64,000 nucleotides of DNA from an uncultured Gemmatimonadales bacterium (GTDB lineage: Bacteria; Gemmatimonadota; Gemmatimonadetes; Gemmatimonadales; GWC2-71-9). The stretch covers positions 960,001-1,024,000 of the forward strand of contig CAVZZO010000003.1 in the NCBI GenBank assembly GCA_963779755.1, given 5' to 3'. The notes beneath the pieces are model-generated. The model searched no databases and was not told the origin of the DNA. It worked only from the letters and a program-made list of their open reading frames with translations. Both the position numbers and the translations under genes were made by a program. Numbering within the stretch: the first letter of the stretch is position 1; each line of letters opens with the position of its first letter. Positions 47,389 through 57,330 of this stretch are shown here, piece after piece.

Positions 47389-48250
47389 GCGGGGCGGGCT
47401 GCTGCGTGGCCTGGTCCGTGACGGGCGCGCGCGTTTCGCGCTCGCCGTCCTGAGCGCCGCCATCCTGACTGCCGCCCTGGCTCCACTGCTGACCACCGGC
47501 GCGCCCGACCTGCAGCGGGACGTTGTCGCCACCCGCTTCCTCCCACCCTTCGCGACCGATCCCTTTGGTGTCTTCCATCTGCTCGGCACCGACCGATTCG
47601 GTCGCGATCTGTGGACCCGGCTGGTCTACGGCGCGCGCATCTCCCTCGGCGTCGGCCTGCTGGCCATGGTGATCTCCGCGGCGATCGGGGTGAGCATCGG
47701 CGCGGTCGCGGGGCTGTGGCAACGCGCCACCGGCCGGCTGCTCATGGGGCTTACCGACTTCGCGCTGGCGCTGCCCCGCGTCGTCCTTCTGCTGCTGCTG
47801 GCCTCCCTGTGGCGGCCCAGTACTGCGCTGGTCGTCATCGTGCTCGGCGTCACCGGCTGGATGAGCATCGCGCGGCTGGCTTATGGCGAGGCACGCGCGG
47901 TGACCGGCCGGCCTTTCGTAGAGAGCGCCCGCGCGCTCGGCGCCCGGCGCAGCCGGGTGCTGCGACGGCATGTGCTTCCCAACATCCTGACGCCGGTCAT
48001 CGCCGCGTCCGCGCTGGGGGTGGGAAACGCCATCATGCTGGAAGCCGGCCTGTCGTTTCTCGGCCTCGGGGTACAACCGCCCGCGCCCTCCTGGGGCAAC
48101 ATGATCGCCTCTGGGCGGGATACGCTGGTCAACGCGCCCTGGGTCGCGGCCGCGCCGGGGGTCGCGCTGGCGCTGATCGTGGTCGCGTGCACCCTTCTGG
48201 GCGACGCGGTACGCGATGCGATGGACCCGGGGGAGAGGCTGGCGGAGTGA
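47381..48250 (+). CDS. ABC transporter permease (DppC/OppC-like)
   Basis: LGTDRFGRDL...YGARISL, FVESARALGA, SFLGLGVQPPAPSWG. Confidence 0.92.
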   Translation: MAERGGLLRGLVRDGRARFALAVLSAAILTAALAPLLTTGAPDLQRDVVATRFLPPFATDPFGVFHLLGTDRFGRDLWTRLVYGARISLGVGLLAMVISAAIGVSIGAVAGLWQRATGRLLMGLTDFALALPRVVLLLLLASLWRPSTALVVIVLGVTGWMSIARLAYGEARAVTGRPFVESARALGARRSRVLRRHVLPNILTPVIAASALGVGNAIMLEAGLSFLGLGVQPPAPSWGNMIASGRDTLVNAPWVAAAPGVALALIVVACTLLGDAVRDAMDPGERLAE

Positions 48251-48820
48251 GACATCCGCCGACTGGGAGCCGGCTGGGGTATGGTGGAGCCATCTATTCA
48301 TATCCTCGAACAGCAACGGCGCGCTCACGGTCGCGAGCGACCGTTTCGCGGATCTTCTCTTCGCCTGAAGGCGAGGGATACTGGCCACACCCGGGATGGA
48401 GACTGAGGACCAGGGGTTGAAAGAACCGGGTGGGTTGCGCCTCTCGGGCACACGGAGATGACGGCCGCAGTCTCGGGATGGGTGACTGGCTGAGGGTGCG
48501 AAAAAACGCGGAGAGAGGGTGGCGCCCCCCGCTCATGGGATAGTGCAGCCAAGGGAACAGGACAGCATCGCTTTTACGCCTTGCTGGCCGGAAAAACTCG
48601 ATCGGCTGCGATTTCGCTGGCAGGCGGCCCTCAGCCCTGGAGTACCGAACACCCGATCCCATCTCGCATCAGCGGCGCACGAAAACGCGGATCGGCAGGC
48701 GGCACCCCCCGTTCAAGGGATAGTACAGCACGGCCGAGAGAACACCATCACGCCCGCGCGTCACTGACCGGATAAGCCCGCGGGTCCCCCCACCCCCGCC
48801 CTCTACACTTGGCGGGGTCT

Positions 48821-51463
48821 TCAGTCCACAACGATCGTCACGACCTCTCCCGCCGCCGCCCGGAAGCTCACCCGCCGCCCCCCCTCCTCGAGACGCAGCT
48901 CCGTGCGCCCGCCCTCATCCGCCCGGCTACGCCAGGCGCGCCCAGCCGGCCGTTCCAGGAGCCAACTCCCCTGCACCGCGGCGGAGCCGGGATTGAAACA
49001 GCGCAACAAGACCCCCCGCGCAGACTCCGCCGGCTTGAAGCAGGAGCAGACCAGACCATCGCCCTCCAGCACCACCCCGGCCTCCCGGAGAGGCTCCGCC
49101 GGCAGCATCTCCCGCAACCAGACGGCACTTCGGGGTAGAAAGGCATCCTCCCAGAGCCGGAATAGCCGGGCGGGGTCGCCCAGGTCTTCCGCGGCCACCG
49201 GCGCCAGCGCCAGGTCCATCCGGTCGGTACCCAGGCACTGGGCCGCCGGAATGGCGGTGGGCCAGCCGGCATGGCCGGGACGGGTGCCCAGATCATTCCG
49301 GCTCAGCTCACCCACGGCCCGCAGGAGGGTCAGGTAGAGATACCCCGCCGCGGTCCATTCATATTCGAACGACGCCGGCCCGAACAGGGCCAGGGCCGCG
49401 TGCTCCCCCCCGGCGGCGACAAACCGGTGAGCGGGCGCCGTGGCGGCCGGCGTCTCCATGGGATAGGTCGCCGGGTCCACCGAGACCGGATCCCGCCGGA
49501 CCACCCCGAACTGGCTCCCCGCAACCAGGCCCCCCGGTCCCACCGGCAGTCGGGCGCGGAGCCGGTGGTTCCCGGCCTGGTTGGTGATCTCCAGGGAACA
49601 ACGCACCAGAGGATCGCCGGCGTGCAGCAGCACCAGCAGCCGGATTCCGATGCGGCCAGGGCCTTCTCCGGCAGGACGGCGGCCGCCGCGCAGTTCCCAC
49701 CGCGCTTCCAGCGCGCTCACCAGAGGACCATCCAGGAGGATCCGCGCGGCCGCCGGCCCGCTCGCGCGCGCCGGCCAGTCTCCCGGCACCGGGCACCAGG
49801 TGTAGGCGTCCCCCGCGTCCAGTTCGTCCTCCAGCGCGAGGAGGTGACCCCATTCCCTGCCCCGGAGCCGGTCCAGCAGGGTGAGGGACCCGTCCCCGTC
49901 GACCCGGACCTCGACCAGATCATTGCCCATGGCCAGGCCCCGGGCCCAGGCATCGCCCCGCGCCGGCTTCGCTCCGGCCGCCACGCCCACGACATCGACC
50001 CCGAGCCCGGATGCCGGCGCTGGGCGGAACGCGATGCGTATCCGGTCTACTTCGTCCTGATCGGGGTAGTGGCGCGCGGCATCACGCCGCTCCAGCCCCA
50101 CCCGGCTCTCCAGCACCTGCACCGGGATGGCCCGGCCGGCCGCGTCCACCAGGTGAAAGGGACGATACCCGGGACCGCTCCTCGCCCGCCGCCCACCCGG
50201 CGGACCCACCAGCACGTCCCGGCGGAAGAATGTGGCGTCGGCCACCACCAGTCCGTCGCGTACCCTCGGCACCGGATTCCACAGCACGGCGCCGGCCGCC
50301 AGGGGCCCGGGATGATCTCTGATCCGGTCGGCATCCTGCCCGGTGCAGTCCTCCAGCGATGACCGGAAGATCTCTCGAGCCATCGCCCCGACTTCGTCCA
50401 GGCGCACCGCCTGCCGCTCCGCGACGGGGTCGGCGCAGGTGCCGCAGAGTGTGTCGTGAAACTGGGAGCGGATCAGCACTCGCCAGGCGGCGGCAAGCAG
50501 CGGACGCCGGTCGGCACCGCCTGCCAGGCCGGCCAGCGTAGCCAGCGGCTCGGCGTGACGCGAGAGCAGCAGCTCGGTGGCGCCATGCCGTCGCTTGAGC
50601 GGCGCGCGCGTGGAGAGCGTCCCCTGCAGCGTCCAGGCATAGCCGTAGCTCCAGCGAAGCTCGCCGGCCAGTACCGGCAACCGGGGCGCCTCCCCGGCGG
50701 CGGCGTGGAAAAAGTCCTCCAGCCGGGAGATGCGCACCTCCGCCGCCGGCTCGAGCTCCGCCAGCGCGGCGCGCAGGCGCGGCAGGTCGTGCCGCGGGGC
50801 GTGGTGGTCCGCTCCGACGAAGACCGCGATGTGGCGGGTCGCGGCCCGGGCACTCAGGCCCTGGCGCAGTGCAGGCCAGACGCGGGCCAGCGCCTCGGTA
50901 TCCGCGGGCAGCGCGGAACCGATTTCGTAGCCGTCGGGGGGCAGGTGATACAGCAGGACGTCGCGCCCGTCGGGGGAACGCCAGTGGGCGAGATCGGAGC
51001 CACCCGCCTGATCGCCCAGCCCGCGCCAGACCACGGCATAGGGGAGATCGCACTCCGCCGCGAGTAGCGGCAGGACCGCCGGGTGGCCGAATGCGTCGGG
51101 GGAATAGAGCACCGGGAGGCGATGTCCCAATCCAGCGGCGTCGCGGCCGCCCAGCAGGAGGTTCCGGATCAGCGACTCGCCCGAAGGAATCTGCTCGTCG
51201 GCCAGGACGTACCAGGGTCCCGTTTCGATCCGCCCGGCGGCCGCCAGCGCCGCGATCGCCTCCCGGCGCTCCGGCCGGATGCGCAGGTAGTCCTCCACCA
51301 GGACGGTCTGGCCATCGAGCAGGAACGTGAGATCCGGCTGATCCCGCAGGAGGAGGAGCAGATCGTCCATCGCGGCCGCCAGCCGCGCGCGAAAGGCGCC
51401 GCGCGGCAGATACCACTCGCGGTCCCAGTGCGTATGGTGAATGAGGTGATAGACCCGCGGCAA
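48821..51463 (-). CDS. GH38 alpha-mannosidase / mannosylglycerate-hydrolase-like enzyme (start uncertain)
   Basis: HHTHWDREWY, FLLDGQ, GPWYVLADE..PSGESLIRNL, YSPDAFGH, QFHDTLCG. Confidence 0.88.
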   Translation of the reverse strand: MPRVYHLIHHTHWDREWYLPRGAFRARLAAAMDDLLLLLRDQPDLTFLLDGQTVLVEDYLRIRPERREAIAALAAAGRIETGPWYVLADEQIPSGESLIRNLLLGGRDAAGLGHRLPVLYSPDAFGHPAVLPLLAAECDLPYAVVWRGLGDQAGGSDLAHWRSPDGRDVLLYHLPPDGYEIGSALPADTEALARVWPALRQGLSARAATRHIAVFVGADHHAPRHDLPRLRAALAELEPAAEVRISRLEDFFHAAAGEAPRLPVLAGELRWSYGYAWTLQGTLSTRAPLKRRHGATELLLSRHAEPLATLAGLAGGADRRPLLAAAWRVLIRSQFHDTLCGTCADPVAERQAVRLDEVGAMAREIFRSSLEDCTGQDADRIRDHPGPLAAGAVLWNPVPRVRDGLVVADATFFRRDVLVGPPGGRRARSGPGYRPFHLVDAAGRAIPVQVLESRVGLERRDAARHYPDQDEVDRIRIAFRPAPASGLGVDVVGVAAGAKPARGDAWARGLAMGNDLVEVRVDGDGSLTLLDRLRGREWGHLLALEDELDAGDAYTWCPVPGDWPARASGPAAARILLDGPLVSALEARWELRGGRRPAGEGPGRIGIRLLVLLHAGDPLVRCSLEITNQAGNHRLRARLPVGPGGLVAGSQFGVVRRDPVSVDPATYPMETPAATAPAHRFVAAGGEHAALALFGPASFEYEWTAAGYLYLTLLRAVGELSRNDLGTRPGHAGWPTAIPAAQCLGTDRMDLALAPVAAEDLGDPARLFRLWEDAFLPRSAVWLREMLPAEPLREAGVVLEGDGLVCSCFKPAESARGVLLRCFNPGSAAVQGSWLLERPAGRAWRSRADEGGRTELRLEEGGRRVSFRAAAGEVVTIVVD

Positions 51464-51572
51464 GGACTGGGGGCGATCCGCTCGGCTCCCTCCACCTTCC
51501 CGGCCCTCTCGACCGATTGAAGAAGTCAAGAAGGTCGAGAGGGTCGAGAGAGTCGAGGGCCGCGCAACGCTT

Positions 51573-53105
51573 TCACTTCCGGTGATACACCCAGCCGCTG
51601 AGATTGCTTCCTTCCGCCTCGAAGTTGAAGTCCCAGCTCTTTCCCGGCGACAGCGCCGGAATCTCCAGATCGTGCGTGGCGACGACCTTGCCCGAGCCGT
51701 CCACAAACTGGAATGTGACGGTGACCGGTGCGGGAGCGAGCGCCTTGCCGTTCCTCTTGGGCGCGCGGCCCAGCGCCTTGCCCGCAACGTGGGCGCCGCC
51801 CGCGTTCGGCACGAAGGTGCTGACATCCAGGTCCACCGGCATCGCATCCAGCCGGTCGACCGCCGGCGCCCCATGCACTTTGTCCTTGATATCGATATAC
51901 CCCTGGATCTGCAGCCGCTGGGCCGTCTCGCTCAGCGGCTCCAGCGCCACCAGCCGGGTGGCGGCATCCAGCAGCTTCGCGCCGTCCTTCAGGGTGTTGT
52001 AGGTCAACGCCAGGTTCCGCAGCGCGATGTGATTAAGCGTGTCGACTTCGGCGGCCCGGGCGAAGGACCCGGCGGCCTTCTGGAATTCCTTGGCCTGGTA
52101 GTAATTGGCCCCGCGATTCACCAGGTATTCCGCCGAGCTGGTATCGGGCCCCCGCGTGCCGCTGCTCAGGCCCAGCTCCCGCAGCAACGCCTCGGCGCTG
52201 TCCGGCTGGTTGTTGCCCTGGAAGGCAGCCGCCAGATAGCGCTTGGCGTTGGCGTCCTCCGGCCGCCAGGCCAGATACTGCCGGAATCCGGCGATCGCCT
52301 GGGGATACTGCTTGGCATTCTGCAAGGCGATCGCGCGCGAGAGCGCCGCCGCATTCCGGCTGGTGGTGTCGTTGGCCGCCGTGGCGGCAGCGATCATCTT
52401 GTCGTAATACGCAATGGCGCTGTCCGCGTCGCCCCGGGCGCTGTAGATCCCTGCCAGCTGGCGCAGGGCCAGGGAGGCGTAGCGGTCGGACGGGTCGCGC
52501 GCCACCTCCACGGCCTTGCGATAATAGACCAGGGCGCTGTCCGGCTTACCCGTGGTTTCGAAAATCGTGCCGATCAGGTAATGGGTCTGCGGCTCGCTGG
52601 GGTCCACCGACGCGGCCAGACGATAGACCATCAGGGCCGAGTCGGTCTGCTGGTTCTGGTACATGGTGCCTGCGATGCCCGCCAGCGCCCGCCAGGCCGA
52701 TTCCCGGAAGCCCCGGATTTCATCCGCGCACTCCGGCGCGAGCGCCGCGGCATGGGTGAACGCGGTATCCGCCCCGACCACGTCGCCCTGATAGAGGTAC
52801 ACCCGGCCGAGATAGTACCAGGCCCCGGGGTTCTTGCCCTGGTCGTTTTCCGCAATGGCCTGTTTGATGGCATCCTCGGCCTGCTTGAGCAGGCGCTCAC
52901 GATTGGCCTCGTTCCCGATGGCCGTCTTCAGGTAGGTCGCAGCCCCGCTGACGCGGAAATGGCCCGCCTTGATGCCGCACTCGGGCTGCTCGTACTGGGT
53001 CGGCTGGGAGGCGGCCACCGCCGACCGGACGGATTCGGGGACCTGCGCCTGCAGCGGCAGGGCGAGGAGGGGCAGCAGGGCGAGCAGACGGAAGCGAACA
53101 GGCAT
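51573..53105 (-). CDS. Secreted tetratricopeptide-repeat protein
   Basis: Signal peptide, multiple TPRs (AWYYLGRVYLYQG...), beta-rich C-terminal domain. Confidence 0.85.
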   Translation of the reverse strand: MPVRFRLLALLPLLALPLQAQVPESVRSAVAASQPTQYEQPECGIKAGHFRVSGAATYLKTAIGNEANRERLLKQAEDAIKQAIAENDQGKNPGAWYYLGRVYLYQGDVVGADTAFTHAAALAPECADEIRGFRESAWRALAGIAGTMYQNQQTDSALMVYRLAASVDPSEPQTHYLIGTIFETTGKPDSALVYYRKAVEVARDPSDRYASLALRQLAGIYSARGDADSAIAYYDKMIAAATAANDTTSRNAAALSRAIALQNAKQYPQAIAGFRQYLAWRPEDANAKRYLAAAFQGNNQPDSAEALLRELGLSSGTRGPDTSSAEYLVNRGANYYQAKEFQKAAGSFARAAEVDTLNHIALRNLALTYNTLKDGAKLLDAATRLVALEPLSETAQRLQIQGYIDIKDKVHGAPAVDRLDAMPVDLDVSTFVPNAGGAHVAGKALGRAPKRNGKALAPAPVTVTFQFVDGSGKVVATHDLEIPALSPGKSWDFNFEAEGSNLSGWVYHRK

Positions 53106-53212
53106 GGAAGATCCTCCACAGGAAAACCGCGAGGAACATCTCCAGGCAGAGCCGGCGGGAACAGGCAGTATCCGTACGGTATCCCGGTCGTGCCGGCCGC
53201 GCCAGATACCCT

Positions 53213-54526
53213 TCAGAGCAGGCCGCGCCGCTTGAGGCGATCGTACTGGTGTACCACCGCCTCGGCCGCGCGCGCCGGCGGCACGTCCAGCACCAGCACC
53301 CCCCGGCGGCGCATGTCCGCCAGGGCCTCCTCCCGGGCCGCCAGCAGCTCCTCCGCCGCAGCCCGGTCGTAGGCCTCCGGCACGGTGGCGGGACGGCGCG
53401 TCCCCAGGCGTTCCAGGGCGGGATCGCGCAGGGTCACGGCCAGCGGCAGGTGCCGGGGGCGCAGCGTGCCCAGCTGCGCCACCAGGGCTTCACTCGCGGT
53501 CCGGTCGATCACGTCGGTGAACAGCACCGTCAGCGCCCGCTTGCGATTCCGGGCCGCGAGGTAGGAGAATGCCGCCGGGTAATCCGGCTCGACCATGCGT
53601 CCCTCCGTGGCGGCCAGCCCCTCGAGAACGGCGCGCAGGGCGCGGCGTCCCCGCATGGGAGGGACATACACCTGCACCCGGTCGGCAAAGACCATGAGCC
53701 CGACGTTGTCGTCGTGCTCCACCGCGGCGTAGGCCAGCCGCAGCGCCGCTTCCACCGCCGACTCCAGGCGTTCCCCGCCGCCGATCTCCGCCGTCATCAT
53801 CCGCCCGGCATCGAGCACTATCATCACATGCTGGCGGCGCTCGTCTTCGTACTGCCGGGCCATGATCTTGCCGCGGCGCGCCGTCGCCTTCCAGTCGATG
53901 GTGCGGGTATCCTCGCCCGGCACCCATTCCCTGAGCGTCTCGAAGACCCGGCCTTCGCCCAGGCGGCGCACATTGCGCAGTCCCGCCTCGCGCCGGCGCT
54001 GGCTCTGGGTCGGCAGCGCCCGCAGGGAAACGCCGCTCAGGCTGGGATAGACCGTCGCCGTCCACGGGCGGTCGATGACCGCCTGGCGCCAGACCAGCCC
54101 CAGCGGGCCGGACACCCTCAGCCAGAGACGGCCACCCTCGCCCCGGCCCCGCCGGGCCGGCAGAATTTCCAGAACCTCGATCGCCTCCCCACCCGGCGGG
54201 ACGGTGAACCGCCGGAGCGGCGTCTCCCGGCCCAGCGGGGCCGGCAGCGATTCCCGCACCTGGACCGCCAGCTCGCGCCGGGTGGACTGGCGCCAGCGGT
54301 AGCGCACGGGAAGGACACGGCCCACCGAGAACGCGGGCGGCACGTCGCGGGTCACGACCAGCTCCCGGGGCGAGACGGCCAGGATCGCATCGGCAACCAG
54401 CAGCAGGAGCCAGAGCCCGTCGGCCAGCAGGAGCCAACCCAGCCCGTCGGGGCGCAGCAGCCCGATCAGCGCCAGTAACGACAGCGCGGCCGCGCCCCAC
54501 AGCCAGCGCGGGGTGGGAAGCGGCAT
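53213..54526 (-). CDS. DUF58 (VWA-like) protein
   Basis: FETLREWVPGEDTRTIDWKATARR and LDAGRMM motifs. Confidence 0.9.
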   Translation of the reverse strand: MPLPTPRWLWGAAALSLLALIGLLRPDGLGWLLLADGLWLLLLVADAILAVSPRELVVTRDVPPAFSVGRVLPVRYRWRQSTRRELAVQVRESLPAPLGRETPLRRFTVPPGGEAIEVLEILPARRGRGEGGRLWLRVSGPLGLVWRQAVIDRPWTATVYPSLSGVSLRALPTQSQRRREAGLRNVRRLGEGRVFETLREWVPGEDTRTIDWKATARRGKIMARQYEDERRQHVMIVLDAGRMMTAEIGGGERLESAVEAALRLAYAAVEHDDNVGLMVFADRVQVYVPPMRGRRALRAVLEGLAATEGRMVEPDYPAAFSYLAARNRKRALTVLFTDVIDRTASEALVAQLGTLRPRHLPLAVTLRDPALERLGTRRPATVPEAYDRAAAEELLAAREEALADMRRRGVLVLDVPPARAAEAVVHQYDRLKRRGLL

Positions 54527-55506
54527 CAGTGCGGCGCCTCGACCTTCTCGAGGATGGTGCGCAACGCCTGATCGGCGCTGACGCCCTCCAACTCCAGCTC
54601 GGCCGCCACCGTTACCCGGTGACGGAGCACCGGCGCCGCGAGTCCCTTGATGTCGTCGGGAATGACGAAGTCGCGCCCGTCGAGCAAGGCCGCCGCGCGC
54701 GCGGTCTTGAGCAGCGCGACCGCCGCCCGGGGGGACGCGCCCAGGGTGAGGGCGGGCGCGGAGCGCGTGGCCCGAACCAGCTCCGTCACGTAGGTGAGCA
54801 GCCGCGGCTCCACCCGGACGGTGCGGGCCGCCTGGCGCAGCGCCGCCAGCCCTTCGCCTTCCACCACGCGCTCGACGCCATAGGTCCCCGGCTCGTCCGC
54901 CTCGAACCCCTCCACTACCCGCACCAGGATATCCCGCTCCGTGGCCGCATCGGGGTACTCCAGCAGCACCTTCACCAGGAAGCGGTCCAGCTCGGCCTCG
55001 GGCAGCGGATAGGTCCCCTCGAATTCGATCGGGTTCTGGGTGGCGAAAACCGTGAAGTGTGGAGAGAGCACATGGCTCACCCCGTCAATGGTGACGGTGC
55101 GCTCCTGCATCGCCTCCAGCAGGGCCGCCTGGGTCTTGGCCGGCGCCCGGTTGATCTCGTCGCCCAGAATCAGGTCACCGAAAATGGGGCCCGGACGGAA
55201 GCGGAACTGCCCCTGGGAGCTCAGCAGGTTGACCCCTGTGATGTCCGAGGGCATCAGGTCGGGAGTGAACTGGATGCGGCGGAACTCCAGCCCCAGAGCC
55301 AGGCTCAGCGTGCGAACCAGCAGCGTCTTGGCGGTGCCCGGAACACCCTCCAGCAGCACATGTCCCCGGGCGATCAGCGCGATCAGCGCCTCCCGCACGG
55401 CCGGCCCCTGCCCCAGCACCACCCGCTCGACCTGCGTCAGGATGGCGCGGGCGTGGGCACTCTGCTGCTGGATGGATTCGGTCTCGATGGCGTCAGGTCC
55501 TCCCAC
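54526..55506 (-). CDS. MoxR-family AAA+ ATPase
   Basis: LLEGVPGTAKT, RIQFTPDLMPSD, DEINRAPAKTQAALLEAM, GTYPLPEAELDRF. Confidence 0.95.
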   Translation of the reverse strand: MGGPDAIETESIQQQSAHARAILTQVERVVLGQGPAVREALIALIARGHVLLEGVPGTAKTLLVRTLSLALGLEFRRIQFTPDLMPSDITGVNLLSSQGQFRFRPGPIFGDLILGDEINRAPAKTQAALLEAMQERTVTIDGVSHVLSPHFTVFATQNPIEFEGTYPLPEAELDRFLVKVLLEYPDAATERDILVRVVEGFEADEPGTYGVERVVEGEGLAALRQAARTVRVEPRLLTYVTELVRATRSAPALTLGASPRAAVALLKTARAAALLDGRDFVIPDDIKGLAAPVLRHRVTVAAELELEGVSADQALRTILEKVEAPH

Positions 55507-56708
55507 ACATCCTCCACGGCATTGGCGGCCGCCAGAACGTCAGAGCCGTCCGGCCGGCCGCGGGTCAGGGTCAGCAGGCGATCTACCGCCGCACGCGCGC
55601 GCGGGGTCCGCGCATGCTCCCGCACGCGGCCCAGCCATTCCCGGGGCGGCGACGCCGGGGCGCTCCCGCCCGCCGCCAGGCGGCGCCGCAGGCCGCGCAC
55701 CATCAGCGCTACCGCCACATCGCCGCCCCGGGCCGCCGCCAGGGCGGCGGCCAGCGCGTGCACGTGTTCCGACGCGGCACGGCGCCCGGGCTCGATGCGC
55801 GCCTGTACCGGGCCGAAGCGCACCGCCGCCACCGCCAGGGCCACCAGTCCTACCAGGATAAGCTGCCACAGGACCCATCCGGCCGGAGCGTGCCGGCTCC
55901 AGGCCACCACGGCGCCGAGGAGATTGCCGCCCGCGGCGAAGCCCTGATTGTACTCGTCCACCCAGACGACATCATAATCGTCCGCCAGCAGGCGCAGCGG
56001 CGCCACGCCGTCACTGCCGGCGCGGAGCCGGGCATTGCTGAACAGATCGCCGGGCGCCACCAGCGTGATATGCGTGGCCCCGGAATCGTAGGCCAGGCGC
56101 AGCGCCGCCACCCGGCCACCCGGCGCCAGCAGCAAGGTGTCCACCGCCTCGGGAGGGAGAACCTCGCACCTCGAGGTCACGCCGGCGTGCGTGTCGGAGG
56201 AATCCACCACCACGGTATCGGTGCGGGAAGCAAGCACCACATCGGTCGCGTGCGTGGCCGGCGCGTCCGGGCTGCCGCCGGGCCGGAACAGCGGGATGGT
56301 GTCGCCGCTGCGGCGCTCGATACCGTAGCCGTAGCAGGCCATGGCCGCGGCACTGCCCCTTCCCGCCAGCAGCAGATCGCCGCTGCCCGCCGCAAACTCC
56401 ACCAGGCTCTCCGCTTCGACCAGGTCCAGCGGATGGTAGGGATCCAGCTCGGCGAACACCAGCTTGCGGCCCGCCACCGAGGTGTCACCCGCCAGGCGCT
56501 CCAGCCGCTGGCGCCAGGGAATGACCCGCGTCCCCAGACGCCGCAGCGCGTCCGCCAGGCCCCGCGTTCCCGCCGGTCCCGCCAGGAAAATGGAATGCCG
56601 CGGGTCCCTGCCGGGGGCGCGGTTCTGCCGCTGGCCCAGCGCCGCCGCCACGATGCCGACGGCGGCCAGCGCGGTCACCGCCACCAGGACCTCAGTCCGC
56701 GGTCGCAG
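55437..56708 (-). CDS. DUF4350 domain membrane protein (start uncertain, possibly CTG)
   Basis: N-terminal TM, GPAGTRGLADAL, LFSNARL, VDEY, C-terminal TM with RFGP; MoxR context. Confidence 0.78.
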   Translation of the reverse strand: MRPRTEVLVAVTALAAVGIVAAALGQRQNRAPGRDPRHSIFLAGPAGTRGLADALRRLGTRVIPWRQRLERLAGDTSVAGRKLVFAELDPYHPLDLVEAESLVEFAAGSGDLLLAGRGSAAAMACYGYGIERRSGDTIPLFRPGGSPDAPATHATDVVLASRTDTVVVDSSDTHAGVTSRCEVLPPEAVDTLLLAPGGRVAALRLAYDSGATHITLVAPGDLFSNARLRAGSDGVAPLRLLADDYDVVWVDEYNQGFAAGGNLLGAVVAWSRHAPAGWVLWQLILVGLVALAVAAVRFGPVQARIEPGRRAASEHVHALAAALAAARGGDVAVALMVRGLRRRLAAGGSAPASPPREWLGRVREHARTPRARAAVDRLLTLTRGRPDGSDVLAAANAVEDVWEDLTPSRPNPSSSRVPTPAPS

Positions 56709-57327
56709 TCGGCCCTCCCATGAGCCCTGCAAACCAGGCATCGTAGCGCTCGGCGTCACAGGGTTCGCCGGCGTAGACACAGGCGTAAAGCGCCCGGACC
56801 AGACCGGTCAGCCGGCGGCGGTCGCTTTCCGGCAGCGCCGGGCTCGCGGCGTACTCGGCCGGGGTCCAGCCAGGGTGGAAATGGAGGAGATGGCGGCGAT
56901 CCCCCCGGAGCACGAATGCCTGAAAAGCCGCCAGCATGGCTTCGGCATAGCGGCCTTCCGCACGGCGGCGTCGGGCGAGATCGAGATACCAGCCCTCGCC
57001 CCGCGCCGGCTGAGCCGTGGCGCGGACCGCTCCCTCGCCGCCCCCATGAGCGCCACGGACCGTGTGCGCCAGGAGCCAGCCGCCGTGCACCAGGATCACA
57101 ACGAGGATGAGGATGAGGCCCCAGAACAGCAGTTCAAAGGCCCGGGGATTCCCCTGTTGCAGCGATGCCAGCGTTTCGAGGAGCGCGTGCCACCAGCGGC
57201 GCAGGAAACCGAGCGGATCGGGTGGTATGGTCCAGTCGTAGGCGCGAGCCCGGAAGACGGTGTTCAGCACCGCGCGGAGCGAATCGTCCGCAATGGGGCC
57301 GGCCGCGACCGTCAGGGGAGCCGGCAC
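56692..57327 (-). CDS. DUF4129 domain protein
   Basis: TM, then AEGRYAEA...TPAEY...YACVYAG; MoxR context. Confidence 0.78.
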   Translation of the reverse strand: MPAPLTVAAGPIADDSLRAVLNTVFRARAYDWTIPPDPLGFLRRWWHALLETLASLQQGNPRAFELLFWGLILILVVILVHGGWLLAHTVRGAHGGGEGAVRATAQPARGEGWYLDLARRRRAEGRYAEAMLAAFQAFVLRGDRRHLLHFHPGWTPAEYAASPALPESDRRRLTGLVRALYACVYAGEPCDAERYDAWFAGLMGGPTATAD

Positions 57328-57330
57328 GGC

